Both the position numbers and the translations under genes were made by a program. Under the pieces are notes generated by a model, which was given only the letters and a program-made list of their open reading frames with translations, was not told where the DNA came from and did not search any database. A DNA stretch of 41,334 bases from the sequence record DRR723986_7195. One strand, written 5' to 3'. Each line of letters starts with the position of its first letter. Positions within the stretch are counted from its first letter, which is position 1. Positions 40,028-41,334 of the stretch are shown here, in pieces.

Positions 40028-41334
<1,307 letters not shown>

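Overview
A GC-rich alphaproteobacterial chromosomal window; gene order and protein style suggest Roseibium/Labrenzia (inference only). It has three parts. (1) 1-7864: a divergently arranged ectoine/hydroxyectoine catabolic cluster (eutB-eutC-asnC-ssd-atf leftward; eutD, an ArgE-type deacetylase and a GntR/FCD regulator rightward), with two identical 14-bp palindromic operators in the divergent gap. (2) About 7900-14400: an accessory block abutting the 3' end of tRNA-Gln(CTG). It holds a divergent orphan gene, a BTAD/TPR regulator, a small orphan gene, YcaO, TfuA and a protein-arginine-deiminase-like (pentein) enzyme. This putative thioamidation plus deimination system has no protease, exporter or classical short precursor, and is the most interesting element here. 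(3) 14400-41334: mostly core genes (ppx, rlmE, guaB, RsmB-like, TPR protein, guaA, gyrA, coaD, two cyclophilins, queA, tgt, nucleotide-sugar dehydrogenase, galU, kdsA, eno), with a small variable patch after guaA. No CRISPR array, rRNA, integrase or transposase was seen. All calls come from reading motifs by eye; no database searches were run.
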